Below, one piece after another: positions 34,060-45,921 of a stretch of 64,000 nucleotides of DNA; positions within the stretch are counted from its first letter, which is position 1; every line of letters starts with the position of its first letter. The position numbers and the translations under genes are program-made. The notes under the pieces are model-generated. The model made no database searches. It was not told where the DNA came from and saw only the letters and a list, made by a program, of their open reading frames with translations. The DNA is from Chloropicon primus (lineage: Eukaryota): positions 434,001 through 498,000 of the forward strand of contig CP060758.1 of the NCBI GenBank assembly GCA_023205875.1, written 5' to 3'.

Positions 34060-35841
34060 TTAGTAACCTATTCGGGACCCTGGAGGTCCCACCACCCCCG
34101 TCTCCAGCTGCTTGACAAAGAGCATGGACTCCCTCTGCGGGTCCACGAGACAGAGCCTCTCCTTTGGCAAAATCTCCCGGGCACTGTGAGCGGGCCCCTT
34201 GTTCTCGAAGCCCCTCGCGTCGAACCAGTCCCCCGTTCTCGTGGTCAGCAAAACCAACGTCTTGAGACCAGAATTTCTTGCCCTCTGCTCCACGAAATCC
34301 AGAAGGGCGTCGCCCCTGTGCTCTGTCCTAAATTCTTCCTGGACCACAAAGGCCGAGATCTCGCCCACGTCCTTGTCCAATTTCTTCAAAAGAGAGCAAC
34401 CAATGAGCTTCCTCTCCCGCTCGATCACGGTGAAGTCCTCAACATCCGCCCTGATCTCATCCAAGCTTCTTGTGATGAGGGTCCCAACCCTTTCAAGCGG
34501 GGCCAGCAGTCCCTTGAGCTGCTCGAGATCGGACAAGGTCGCAGGCCTCATGCCCTCGTACAAGTCCTTGGAGACCATGGTGCCGAGCCCGTCCCTGGTG
34601 TAAAGCTCCAGGAAAAGCGCCCCATCTGAGTACGCATTGATGAGGTGTGTCCTCGGCACGCCCTCTTTGCAAACTTGGAGTGCCAGTGAGAGCTCCAGAA
34701 CGTTGGGGTCCGCGTGGATATCCCCCCCCCTCAGCGTATTGGCCAAAGATGCGTTTGCGCAGGTTTCGCTCGTGCCGTTACTAGCGTCGGTGCCAGCTGT
34801 ACCCGGGATCCAAGAATACTTGTCATCCGACAGACCTATCCACGCCGGAAGATTCAAAGCGGCAACCTGCTCCCCGTGGTAGACAATGAGCTTGTCCGCC
34901 ATCAAGGCCTTGGAAACTTTCCTCGCGATGTCGAACGAGCTGCAGTTGAGCACTTGGCCACGTTCTGTGTAACCCAAATTATCGACCAAGACAATCTGAT
35001 TCTGTTCCATGTGCTGCAGAATAGCATCGGCCCAGACATTCCGAACCTCCCCAGTGTATTCAAAGTTGACGCCGTCCACGACACCCTTGTGCTTGGCCAT
35101 CACGAAGTTCCCGCTCACGACTTGAACCGGCGGCTTCAGCTGGCCGTTCGAACCATGGCCGTTCGCAGAGTCCCTGGACCTCCAGCTGTCTCTCCTCTGA
35201 TTATAGCCGTGTCTTCTCACGCTTCCCGCTGGAATGAACTTGGAAAGCTTCGCTTCTATGTCTATTCTCATCGCACCCGCGGCTTGCCTCGCTGCCTGCA
35301 AGGCCACCTCGCTTGTTACCCTGTAACCCCTCACGAACTCAGTCTCCTCTCCCATCTGTCTCAGCACCTTGTCGATGGAAGCTGTTGCTCCAAGAACAAT
35401 GCACAGTCTCACCCCGAGGTTCTGAAGCAGGGCCACATCTTGCAGGACGCTGTCCAAGACGTCGTTCTTGCCCTCTATGATGTACCCCGGCACCATGAGC
35501 ACGAAGGTCTTACTAAAGTGCTGGCCAATGTAAGGCGAAGCCTGGCGGAAAAACGACACCAGCTTGGGAAGATCGCTGTTGCTCATCACGTTGACGTGGG
35601 AGTAAGCGTCCGAGGACGCCGTCGGGCCCACAGATCCCCCCCCTTCACTCGAGGAAGAGCCGCTTCTCGCCGCCCCAAGTCCGAAGCTCCCCCCCCTCTC
35701 CACCTTCTTCGGTGGCCTTCCGCATCTTGTGCCAACTCCTCCGTACATCCTGCCACTCGTGCAAGGCCGAGGGCGGGCGCTGGCCACAGACTCTTTCCCC
35801 TGGCGCCCGGTGGGCGCCAGCCTTTGCCTCACGCCCGACAT
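34060..35841 (-). CDS. NAGS: N-acetylglutamate synthase (ArgA-type: kinase-like + GNAT domains)
   Basis: FRQASPYI, DGALFLELYTRDGLGTMV, LLTTRTGDWFDARGF. Confidence 0.92.
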   Translation of the reverse strand: MSGVRQRLAPTGRQGKESVASARPRPCTSGRMYGGVGTRCGRPPKKVERGGSFGLGAARSGSSSSEGGGSVGPTASSDAYSHVNVMSNSDLPKLVSFFRQASPYIGQHFSKTFVLMVPGYIIEGKNDVLDSVLQDVALLQNLGVRLCIVLGATASIDKVLRQMGEETEFVRGYRVTSEVALQAARQAAGAMRIDIEAKLSKFIPAGSVRRHGYNQRRDSWRSRDSANGHGSNGQLKPPVQVVSGNFVMAKHKGVVDGVNFEYTGEVRNVWADAILQHMEQNQIVLVDNLGYTERGQVLNCSSFDIARKVSKALMADKLIVYHGEQVAALNLPAWIGLSDDKYSWIPGTAGTDASNGTSETCANASLANTLRGGDIHADPNVLELSLALQVCKEGVPRTHLINAYSDGALFLELYTRDGLGTMVSKDLYEGMRPATLSDLEQLKGLLAPLERVGTLITRSLDEIRADVEDFTVIERERKLIGCSLLKKLDKDVGEISAFVVQEEFRTEHRGDALLDFVEQRARNSGLKTLVLLTTRTGDWFDARGFENKGPAHSAREILPKERLCLVDPQRESMLFVKQLETGVVGPPGSRIGY

Positions 35842-36236
35842 GAAACTCCCCGCCACAACAACGTCGTCTTTGTCCTCTCCGTCCTCACCACTTGACCGTT
35901 TCCTTCACGCAAGGGCTCGAGCGAAAGATCATAACACGAATATTCTCCCCTTCCCCCTCTCCCCCGCCCTCCTGCCCCTCCCCCCTCCTCCTCGGCCACC
36001 TTCTGCCTCTCTCCCCTCCCTCTCCCTCCGTCCTCTCCCCTCGTTTTCGCGTCCTAAAATCCTCACCACAGGGTCGTTCTCTTCGACCAAGGGCTCGTTC
36101 GAAAGATCACGAGAAGCCCCTTCCACCTGAACCAACCTCCTTCTCTCTCCTCCCCTCCTCCTCCGTCACTCGCGTCTCCCCTCCCTCAGGACCCCTCCCT
36201 GTCGTGTCCTGGCGTCCTCCAGTGAGGTCCAGCACG

Positions 36237-37093
36237 ATGGCGACGGCTTCCGGCTCAAAGTACGTGATGGGAAAGAAGGGCGAGAGACGCTTGAAGGACG
36301 TCGAGCTCTGCCTGCCCATCTGCGCCGGAACGGTGTCCTTCTGGCAAGGAAAAAAGGTAAACACTTCTTTCAATCCTTCCTTCCTTCAAACAAACAAACA
36401 AACAATCAATCAATCAATCTCAAGCGTTCGTTCCTTCCATCATGGTCTCGATCGGGATGAAGTTGGTGATGGCTGTTGTTGGATGGGCGGTGAGGTGTCT
36501 GATGTTCTGACTTCTGGGATGGTTTTGTTTTTGTGTTTCGGTTACGTTTCTCGCGTTGGGCGAAGGCGGACGAGTATAACGCACACAAGTGGACGGTGTA
36601 CGTGCGGAGTCCTGTGAATGAGGACCTCTCCCCTGCGGTGAAGAAGGTTGTGTTCCATCTGCATCATAGTTTCGCGGAGCCGGTGAGGGAGGTTCTTGAG
36701 CAGCCGTTCGAGTTGACGGAGACAGGATGGGGCGAGTTCGAGATAACTGCGACGGTTCACTTTGTTGACGAAGCGATGGAGGAGCCCTTCAAGTTGGCAC
36801 ACGGTTTGAAGCTCTTCCATACGAACGACCAGCCTCTGACGACCAAGAAGCCGGTGGTGAGCGAAACGTACGAGGAATTGGTGTTCTCGGAGCCAACGGA
36901 AGAGTTCCACAAGAAGGTTGTCCCGATTACCCCCAAGCCAGCGCCTCCCAGCCCCCTGCTGCCGCACTTTCCACAGCACTCGGACGCCGAGGAGTTTGGA
37001 AAGATAAGCAAAGCCAGGGAACGGATCGCCAACCTCGTGTCTGCGGCCAAGCAGCAAGCTGGTGGCGGCCCGATCAAGATGGAAGTGAACTAG
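36237..37093 (+). CDS. YAF9: YEATS-domain protein (YAF9/GAS41); intron 36357-36565
   Basis: HKWTVYVR, KKVVFHLHHSF, PFELTETGWGEFEI, KKPVVSETYEELVF. Confidence 0.9.
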
Positions 37094-37176
37094 AAGCATC
37101 GCGAGCGTGGGGTGCCTTGTATAACATTAAAATTAATCGTACGGAGAGAAAACCACACACACAAAGCAAGGTCGAA

Positions 37177-37265
37177 TGCTGGATGGAGGTAAACGCAACT
37201 CAGCAAGGCCGATCCCTCCACAACATAATCCATCCATCCATCCATCCATCCATCCATCCATCATC

Positions 37266-37308
<43 letters not shown>

Positions 37309-37460
37309 TCTCCCTCTCTCTGCTCCAAGGAGCCAAGGAGCCAGGTGTTCTGAATCAACACTTGTGGATGCCTGGGATCCCCGGAGGCTGGATGGAGGCA
37401 AGCGCGACTCAGCAAGGCCGATCCCTCCACAACACAATCCATCCATCCATCCACCCACCC
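37177..37460. repeat. Direct duplication of ~60 bp plus (CCAT)n, ~210 bp apart
   Basis: GCTGGATGGAGG..ACTCAGCAAGGCCGATCCCTCCACAAC at 37178 and 37387. Confidence 0.85.
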
Positions 37461-37595
37461 ACCCACCATCACCTCTCTCTCTCTCTTGCTCCTCCCCTCC
37501 TCCCCACGCTCATGCCTGATGATGATTCTCTGGCATGCGCTGTCAGTCAGCTACAGCCAGAGGGTGGCGACGGAGGCTCTCAAGGCACAACCACG

Positions 37596-39266
37596 ATGAA
37601 GAGAGCGCACAAACCCAACCCCAACCCCAACCCCTACCGATGCCGATACCAATGCCGATACCGATACCTTGTTGCTGTGGTCGTCTCGTTGGCGTTTCTC
37701 TTGGGCAAGAGGACGGAAGCGAAGAGGCCTCCGACATCTCTCTTCCCAGTCCCTGCCCATGAAGCCGGCTTGTTGTTCGACCCGACAGAGGGGGAGAAGA
37801 AGAACAACGGAAGGAGCACGAACCTCATTGACTTGTGCAAGGAGTTTTACTATGATTCGGACGTGGACCACTTCTCATGGTCACTCAAGTCGCGGACGTA
37901 CAAGCAGAGGGTGTTTGTGTGCGACAAGTATTGGCAAGACCGTTCGGTGGACGCTGACGGCAAGGAGAAGAAGGTGAGGGGGCCCATATTTTTTTATACT
38001 GGGAACGAGGCGGACGTGACGCTGTACCTCAACGCGACTGGGTTCATGTGGGAGTATGCTCCTGAGGTTGGAGCCTTACTGGTGTTCGCCGAGCACAGGT
38101 ACTACGGGAAGTCGAGCCCCTTTGGGAGCGATGACAGGGAAAACTTGCAGTACCTGACATCGGAGCAGGCCTTGGCGGACTACGCGAACCTCATAGAGTA
38201 CATCAAGGAGGACTGGGGAGCTATAGACAGTCCGGTCATCTGTTTCGGTGGTAGCTACGGGGGGATGCTCTCGTCGTGGTTTCGGATGAAGTATCCTCAC
38301 GTCGTTGACGGTGCGTTTGCCGCCTCGGCGCCGATCTGGAGCTTCCTCGGGGAGCTTCCCCCCTACGACGCGGGCTCTTTCGCGAAGGTTGTCACTTACG
38401 ACGCCACCAGGGAAGCCGGAGCGAGCGAGTACTGTGCCCAGAACATCAGAAGCTCTTGGGTTGCGGCGCAGAACATGAGCTGGACGAGCCAAGGGAGGGA
38501 CCACATCAGGCAGGCGTTCCAGCTGTGCGACGACGTCCCGCTAGAGTCGTCATACAACTTGACGTCGCTCCTGTACTGGGCCCAGACGTCCTTTGACTAC
38601 ATGGCGATGGGAAACTACCCTTACCCCTCGAGCTACATGACGAACGGCAAGGGAGACCTGCCAGCGTACCCGATGAGGGTTGCTTGCGAGGCGTTCCAAA
38701 GCCAGAGGATGAGCGACGCCGAGCTGGTGAGCGCACTTGCCCAAGCCTCGAAGGTTTGGTACAACTACACAAACTCCATGGAGTGCCTCGACTATCGCAA
38801 GGGGGTGAACCCCGAGACCCAGAGCGTCGGGGAGATGTGGGACTACCAGTTCTGCACGGAGATGTTCATGCCGTCGAGCAGAGATGGGATCCACGACATG
38901 TTCTTCCCCCAGCCTTTCGATTACGGTTACCAGATCGAGAACTGCCAGAAGGTTTGGGGCGTCACCCCACGACCTTACTGGGTTACGGTGAACTTTGGAG
39001 GGAAGGACATCAACGCGTTTTCCAACATCATCTTCTCAAACGGAGAGTATGACCCGTGGAGGGGTGGGGGCGTTCTGTACAACGTCACCGAGTCCATCCA
39101 CGCCATTTTCATCGACGGCGGTGCCCATCACCTGGACTTCATGTGGTCCACCAAGTACGACCCTCCGTCCGTGCTGCAAGCGAGGGCCCAGGAGCGCGAC
39201 ATCATTCACGAGTGGATCGAGGACGCCTACAAGAGGAAAGTCTCCGGTCGCACGTACTCGTTCTGA
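37596..39266 (+). CDS. PRCP: Lysosomal Pro-X carboxypeptidase (peptidase S28)
   Basis: PIFFYTGNE, EHRYYGKS, EQALADY, FGGSYGGML, SNIIFSNG..DPW, GAHHLD. Confidence 0.93.
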   Translation: MKRAHKPNPNPNPYRCRYQCRYRYLVAVVVSLAFLLGKRTEAKRPPTSLFPVPAHEAGLLFDPTEGEKKNNGRSTNLIDLCKEFYYDSDVDHFSWSLKSRTYKQRVFVCDKYWQDRSVDADGKEKKVRGPIFFYTGNEADVTLYLNATGFMWEYAPEVGALLVFAEHRYYGKSSPFGSDDRENLQYLTSEQALADYANLIEYIKEDWGAIDSPVICFGGSYGGMLSSWFRMKYPHVVDGAFAASAPIWSFLGELPPYDAGSFAKVVTYDATREAGASEYCAQNIRSSWVAAQNMSWTSQGRDHIRQAFQLCDDVPLESSYNLTSLLYWAQTSFDYMAMGNYPYPSSYMTNGKGDLPAYPMRVACEAFQSQRMSDAELVSALAQASKVWYNYTNSMECLDYRKGVNPETQSVGEMWDYQFCTEMFMPSSRDGIHDMFFPQPFDYGYQIENCQKVWGVTPRPYWVTVNFGGKDINAFSNIIFSNGEYDPWRGGGVLYNVTESIHAIFIDGGAHHLDFMWSTKYDPPSVLQARAQERDIIHEWIEDAYKRKVSGRTYSF

Positions 39267-39355
39267 AGCAAGAAGGAACGCGCCCTCGTCTCGCTGTTGT
39301 ATTAACACTCTCAATATTTTATAACACTTTTTTTGCTTTTCGCGCCAAACTCCTC

Positions 39356-39985
<630 letters not shown>

Positions 39986-39986
39986 T

Positions 39987-40240
39987 CAGCTTTCAGGAGG
40001 GAGGGCACTGGTGATGCAGAGACAAAATGCTTTATTGATTGATTGTGAGTTCAAAGGAAAGCAGAGGGAGGAAACCAAGTCCCGTGACTTTGTCTCTCTG
40101 TGCTGTCTACGCTTGCAGCTTCAGGAGGGAGGGGACTGGTGATGCAGAGGCAAAATGCTTTATTGATTGTGAGCTCAAAGGAAAGCAGAGGGAGGAAACC
40201 AAGTCCCGTGACTTTGTCTCTCTGTGCCCTCTACGCTTGC
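39987..40240. repeat. Tandem duplication of a ~125-bp unit
   Basis: ACTGGTGATGCAGAG..CAAAGGAAAGCAGAGGGAGGAAACCAAGTCCCGTGACTTTGTCTCTCTGTGC occurs twice. Confidence 0.9.
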
Positions 40241-40273
40241 TTTGTTTTTGTTTCTGTTTCGGTCCTGTTCGAG

Positions 40274-41607
40274 TTAAACGGTGACGTTGGTCACCTTGTG
40301 CTTTTTGTCGATGCGTTTCATGATTCCCGCAACGACTTTCCCTGGGCCCAACTCGTAGCTCGTCTCCAAGCCGCTCTCGAGGAGTCCGCCGAGGGTGGTC
40401 TCCCACTGCACGGGGGAGGTCACCTGCATGGCGAGGATCGATTTGATGACCTCGGGGTCGCTGTGGGCCTTGGCATCCACGTTGGAATAGACTGGAATCC
40501 TCGGTGCCTTGATCTCAGTCTGAGAGAGGACCTCCTGCAGCTTCTCCACGGCGCTGTCCATGTACTTCGTGTGGAAGGCCCCCGCCACGGCAAGCCTCAC
40601 CGTCATCCTGGCCTTGAACTCCGGCTTTGCCTTCGCTTCGAGAACCTCGATGGCCTTGACCGTGCCCGAGACCGCGTAATTGCCGTTGCACAGAAAGTTC
40701 GCAACCTGGACGGACTCCCCCTCGCCAGCCTCCTCCGTGGCCGCTTTGCAGAGCTCCTCGACCTTGTCGGCCTTCAGCCCGATGACGCTGCACATGGCAG
40801 TCGGCCTGGAGTCCGCTGCCGCCTGCATGGCCTCTCCCCTCGCCTTGACGATCTTCAAGCCGTCCTCAAAGCTTAAGGCTCCCGCGAAGCAGAGGGCGGT
40901 ATACTCGCCCAGACTCAAGCCCGCCGCAACATTCGTGGAGTCGATGACGCCCTGACCCCCGTCCTGGGACTTCAGCTCCTCCACTGCGGCCATCGAAGCC
41001 ACGAAGATGGCCGGCTGGCTCACCGCGGTGGAGTTCAACTTGTCTGCAGGGCCATTGACGCAGACGTCCAGCAGGTCGTACCCCAAGACCTCCGATGCCT
41101 TCTCGAAGAGCTTCTTCGCGGCATCGTTCTTCTCGCACACCTCGCCGCACATCCCGACGCTCTGAGCTCCCTGTCCCGGAAAGAAGAAAGCAACCGACGG
41201 CTTCACCTGCAAGAGGAAGAGGACAGGAGATGAAAAGCAACCACAGGCAGGCGGTCCGTCAGTTCAAGTCCAAAAGAGGAACACAGAGAGACAGAGAGAC
41301 AGAGACAGACAGAGAGAGAGAGAGAGCAGCGACGTACCTCGGCGAACTTGCCGTCCGTGGAGGACGTCGGAACCTCAACAGCCGTAGCAAAAGTCCTGGT
41401 CGACCTTCCCGCGAGCCACGCCGTGTGGTTGCTTGTCCTCGCTCCTCGTCCTCTCAAGCCCACAACGGGGTGGGATGACGACGCGAGGGGCGTCGTCGTG
41501 GTGACCGCCGCCGCGGCCTTCCTCGTGGTCGCCGCGGCCTTGGTCCTCATCTGCCTCAGCGCGAAGCACTTCAAGTTCATCTTCGACGAGGACGCCAACG
41601 CCACCAT
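40274..41607 (-). CDS. FabD: Malonyl-CoA:ACP transacylase; intron 41207-41337
   Basis: FFPGQGAQ, SQPAIF, GLSLGEY, LAVAGAFHT, ELGPGKV; transit-peptide exon. Confidence 0.93.
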
Positions 41608-41941
41608 CTTGCTGCTCCTGCCTTTATCCGATCAGATGAGGATTGATCCTCGGCCTCTCGTTGCTCGAGGAAGAGGGGACAAGGGTAATGATGATGCAAG
41701 AGAGGTTGAGCGACCTCCAGCAGGAGTGTGTTCTAGAGATAAGCTCCATGTCTCTCTCTATCTATCTCTGTCTCTCTAGTGGCCTCTCCGTTGCTGCCGC
41801 TGCTGGAGGAAGAGGGGACAAGGGTGATGATGATGCAAGAGAGGTTGCTTAGTTGGATGCTAAAGTGGAGTTGGCAACATAAAAATATATACGTATATTT
41901 ATTTTGTTCCCTGTTTCATTCGCCAGGACGACGGGCTTTCT

Positions 41942-42370
41942 TTACTTCTTGCCCTTCTTCTTGTTTCCTCCCCTGAGCTTGACACCCAAAGCCCGCTCGA
42001 TCTTACCGAGGATCTGGTTGTTTGGGATGGCTTTACCGTTCTCGTACTCCTGGACGATCTTTGGCTGCTCGTTGATGGCCGTGGCGAGCTGGGCCTGGGT
42101 CATCTTCTTGGCCATCCTCGCCTGCTGGATCGCCTTCTTGAGGTCGGTCGAGACTTTCTTGTGGGCAAAGGCCTCGTCCGACGCGTCGAGCTTGGTGGCG
42201 TTGGCTGGGCCAGCCTTCTTGTTCGATCCCCCCGAAAACTTGTTCAGGGTGTCCACGTTTCCCGACCTGAACGCGTTGTTGACGTTCTTGGAGTCCTTGG
42301 TCTGCGAGGAAGACGGCTTCTTCTTCCTGATGATGACCTGGTCCCAATCTTGGCCCGGGTTCATATTCAT
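41942..42370 (-). CDS. MBF1: Multiprotein bridging factor 1
   Basis: QDWDQVIIRK, IQQAR, TQAQLA..INE..YENGKAIPN..KIERALGVKLRG. Confidence 0.95.
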   Translation of the reverse strand: MNMNPGQDWDQVIIRKKKPSSSQTKDSKNVNNAFRSGNVDTLNKFSGGSNKKAGPANATKLDASDEAFAHKKVSTDLKKAIQQARMAKKMTQAQLATAINEQPKIVQEYENGKAIPNNQILGKIERALGVKLRGGNKKKGKK

Positions 42371-42544
42371 GGTGGCGACTCGGTTTTGTGTTGCTTGGCT
42401 GCTACTAAAATAGAAGGTTTCCGCCTCTCCGCGCCTCCAGTTGCCGTGTCCTGCGAGAGAAATGAGCGCGTGTGATTCAAGGACGTCAGTCAGGGAGCAG
42501 GAAGACGTGAGACAAATCGTCGTTGTGGCGCTCCAATTCAATTC

Positions 42545-42605
42545 GAGTGTGTGTGTGTGTGTGGAAATGCATATACCTCACGAACAAACCACAAACACAG
42601 GGGAA

Positions 42606-42652
<47 letters not shown>

Positions 42653-42725
42653 AGATCCTCTATCCTCCTCCGTCTCGTCCCTCACAACAAAAGATCTGTA
42701 TCCTCAACTCACTCCATCACAACGA

Positions 42726-42799
<74 letters not shown>

Positions 42800-42985
42800 A
42801 ACGCGCTCCTCTCGTGCCCTCAATCCTCTCCCTCTCTCTCTCGTGCCCTCACGACTCCCTCTCATCGAACATGGTGGTCTCCTCCCCCACAAAACAAAAC
42901 AAAAACGAACCACACAACACAACACACACACACACACAGAGAGAGCGAGAGAGAGCGAGAGAGAGAGAAAGAGAGAGAGAGAAAG
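42545..42985. repeat. Compound (GT)n/(AG)n/(CA)n microsatellite cluster
   Basis: Long dinucleotide runs at about 42547, 42608, 42728 and 42922. Confidence 0.9.
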
Positions 42986-43520
42986 ACGAGATGAGAGAAG
43001 AACTCAACCCTCCTTCCACCTCCGCCTCCTCGCCGCACTCACCGTCGTCCTCCTCGTCGTCGTCGTCGTCGTCCTCGTTTTGAGTGTTTGATCTTTTTTT
43101 CTTTTCTTGATTTTGTTTTCAGGGAGAGACGTTGGTGTCCGTTCGTCCGTCACGCGAGGCCGAGCGAGAGATCTCGAATGAGCGGCTCTCCGTTCTCCGT
43201 TCTGTTCTGGAATGGAGGAAGAGATCGGCTTGCTAGAGCAAAGGAACAACCCAAGGTGAGGACGAGGCGGCGACGGAACGGGGGGGTTGGGGACGAAGAG
43301 GAGGTTGTGGAGGGAACCGTCAGGTTGTGGTCTTTCCATTGACCCATCTGTCGAGAGATTTGGCCTCGTTTTGACCAAGAGAGGGACTGACTCTTCGAGG
43401 ACTGCTTCTCGGTCTCGGTCTCGTTCTAGCTCTTGGCGATTTTGGTGGGTTGGTTGAGTTGTGTTCGTGTGGAGTCCTGGGGATTGGGTTGTCGGAGCAC
43501 GAAGATCGACCTCGGCCTCG

Positions 43521-44249
43521 ATGTCTCGGTATAACGCGACGACGACGGGCCGAGGCACGGGAGGAGTTGTCGTTGTCGTTTTTGGGAGGAGTGGGGCGAC
43601 GACGAAGCGGGAGGCGTGTTCGCCTTCGTTTTCGTGCTCTCGAGGGGCGTCGTCGTGTCACACGGGTGGCCCTTCGAGGGCCTTCGACGTGGCCGTCGGG
43701 GCGAGGAGGAGGGTCCGAGCGGAGGCCAAGTCGAGGCCGCTGAGGCCGGACGACTCCCCGTTGAGGGACGGAAACAGGGACCGTCTCTTGGGCCTGCTGA
43801 CCGAGCGCGCGGCGAAGACGCTGCTGCAATACTGCTCCGAAACGAACCAGCACTTGTACCACTGGCTCACGGACTACATTAAGCAGAACCCCATTCCAAG
43901 GGACGGGCAGTTCCAGGACGTCTCTGGCGAGACGTTCTTGGTGAACCTCATGCTGGCCCCCGCGGTCGAAGCGAGGGCCCAGCCTTGGTTGGACCCGCTC
44001 TTCGACTGCAGCAAGCCACTCACGGTGGACCCCAGGAACGTGGCGCAGCGCATTATGGACATCAGGGTGGCCCTGTCGAAGGAGTTCCAGGAGGACCTCA
44101 ATAGGATCGATGAGGAGAACATGGACCTGCTCAGAAGCTCGCTCATGGTCAGTCTAGAAGCCAAGACCTACAGCCACCCCATCGTGCCAGATCCTGAGGA
44201 CGTGGAGAAGAATGCCACCGAGGAGGAAGGCGGGGAGAGCGCGCAATGA
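43521..44249 (+). CDS. Plastid-targeted protein, distantly RbcX-like
   Basis: LLTERAAKTLLQY..ETN..LYHWL..Y, GETFLVNLM and AQRIMDIR parallel RbcX helices; Arg-rich N-terminus. Confidence 0.5.
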   Translation: MSRYNATTTGRGTGGVVVVVFGRSGATTKREACSPSFSCSRGASSCHTGGPSRAFDVAVGARRRVRAEAKSRPLRPDDSPLRDGNRDRLLGLLTERAAKTLLQYCSETNQHLYHWLTDYIKQNPIPRDGQFQDVSGETFLVNLMLAPAVEARAQPWLDPLFDCSKPLTVDPRNVAQRIMDIRVALSKEFQEDLNRIDEENMDLLRSSLMVSLEAKTYSHPIVPDPEDVEKNATEEEGGESAQ

Positions 44250-44340
44250 CACGCGGCCGGGCACACAAAAACCACGGATTAGTTGAACCAAAAGAAAGCA
44301 ATGTAATTAGATATAATTAGGTTTAGAAGGAGAAGGATCG

Positions 44341-45348
44341 TCACTGCTGCGAGGCCTCCCCCAAGTCCAGCGAAAGCAGCTGCTTGTACCCCTTGGACGT
44401 GACCGGCATGAAGTGCAGTCCGCCAATGTTGGGGAGGCCCTTGCACAGCTCCACGAGGCCCCTGGTGTGCTGCAAGCAGAACTCGTCGAACGCCTCCGGA
44501 GGAAGGGAGTCCTGCCTCTCCTGGAACTCTTTCATGAGGGCGACCTCGCCCTCCGTCGGCCGCACCCCGCAGATCTTGAACCAGAACGACAAACTCTTCG
44601 CGGACGTGATGCAGGGGATCCCCACCACGAAGGGGTCCGCCCTATCCCCGACCATGCTGCCCCGCAGGTCCCGGTCGCACTCCTCGAACCACTTTTGGAA
44701 CTTGCCCCTGATGAGTGGCGGCTGGGTTATCACCTTGGTCGCGCCGGACTCGAGCTTGAGGCCCAGTCTGCGCGAGTCGAGCGGCAGCATCGGGTTCTCC
44801 ACGCACCACAGCTCGAAGGGCTGGTTGGCTACCGAGGAAGGGGGGGGAGCCCCCAGGGCGAGCCCCCCGAGGTCCTCCATGCTCCTCGAGGCCTCCTCGA
44901 GCAGGTCGGTGCTGTCGGCCAGGAGGCCCGATCGCCCCCCCAAGAACGGGACCCTCCTCGCAGGGTGCCCCCCCGAGACGCACAGCAGCGCCCTCATCCT
45001 CGGTGACCCCCTCCGCGAGTACTTGTCCCTGCACTCCTCGACCTTGGCCCTCAGGTAGGACCTCAGCTCCCTCCGCGTGCGAAGGTTCACGCCGACCGTC
45101 TGCACCACGTCGACTCCAGCCATGTCCTCCTCCGCCCCGCCATCCCACCCAGACCCGGACGCCTCCTTCCAGGTCCCGGTCCTCCCCAGACTCCTCTGCA
45201 GGAGGCCGGCCCAGGTGTTGGAGACGGGCAGGTCCGGTTGGACCACCGCAGCGAACCTCCCGTCCTTCCTCGACACGAGCTGAGACTCCAGACTCCTCGC
45301 TGCGCCACTCGCCTTCTCCACCGTAAACATCCACCTCCCCGCCTGCAT
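44341..45348 (-). CDS. MTHFR-like FAD-linked oxidoreductase (barrel domain only)
   Basis: ALLCVSGG, KLESGATKVITQP, GLHFMPV; start uncertain. Confidence 0.65.
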   Translation of the reverse strand: MQAGRWMFTVEKASGAARSLESQLVSRKDGRFAAVVQPDLPVSNTWAGLLQRSLGRTGTWKEASGSGWDGGAEEDMAGVDVVQTVGVNLRTRRELRSYLRAKVEECRDKYSRRGSPRMRALLCVSGGHPARRVPFLGGRSGLLADSTDLLEEASRSMEDLGGLALGAPPPSSVANQPFELWCVENPMLPLDSRRLGLKLESGATKVITQPPLIRGKFQKWFEECDRDLRGSMVGDRADPFVVGIPCITSAKSLSFWFKICGVRPTEGEVALMKEFQERQDSLPPEAFDEFCLQHTRGLVELCKGLPNIGGLHFMPVTSKGYKQLLSLDLGEASQQ

Positions 45349-45921
45349 CCCTCCCACAGCAAACACAACAAACCGACCAACCAATCAATCAAACAATCAA
45401 TCAATCAAGTGTGATGATGATGATGATGATGATAAGATACTTTGGTTATCAATAGTCCTCCTCGCTCGCCGTGCTGGGATGAGAAGAGGAGGAGGAGAGG
45501 AGGTGGGACAATCAAACCCAAAAGAGGGGAGGAAGCAACAACGGAGGCGCGCAACCCAACAAGACGCACTTGAATTGAATTGATTTGGATATGCCACCTG
45601 TTTCCTCTTCTCTCGTTCTCGTTCTCCCCTCCCTTTCGGATAAGTAACGTCTCTTCACGTAAATATAATTCTCTCCCCTGGATAATGAATGTCTTTGGTG
45701 GAATATCTGGCGGCGGGCTTTCCCAGCCACAGATGCGTTGAGGATAACAACAGGCCACGCGGCTTTGTGCGACCGCCGGAGGACGGTCTTCTCGTTCGTT
45801 TTTGGGCACGAGGGCGGGAACTTTGGGGCAAGAGAGTGGCATTGAACGAAAGTACGTCTCGCGAGGTTTCGAAAGAGCTCTCGGTCGAAGGATTTGGTGC
45901 CGTTTTGCGGGAGGGAGAGGC

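Noticed and set aside
37176..37595. 140-aa N-terminal extension of PRCP in the ORF track
   Set aside because: It reads through microsatellites and a local duplication; ATG 37596 (or 37512) lies just before the hydrophobic signal segment.
41651..41847. Duplicated 40-mer containing ATGATGA as a snoRNA pair
   Set aside because: No matching D box with a terminal stem; best read as a small local duplication between FabD and MBF1.
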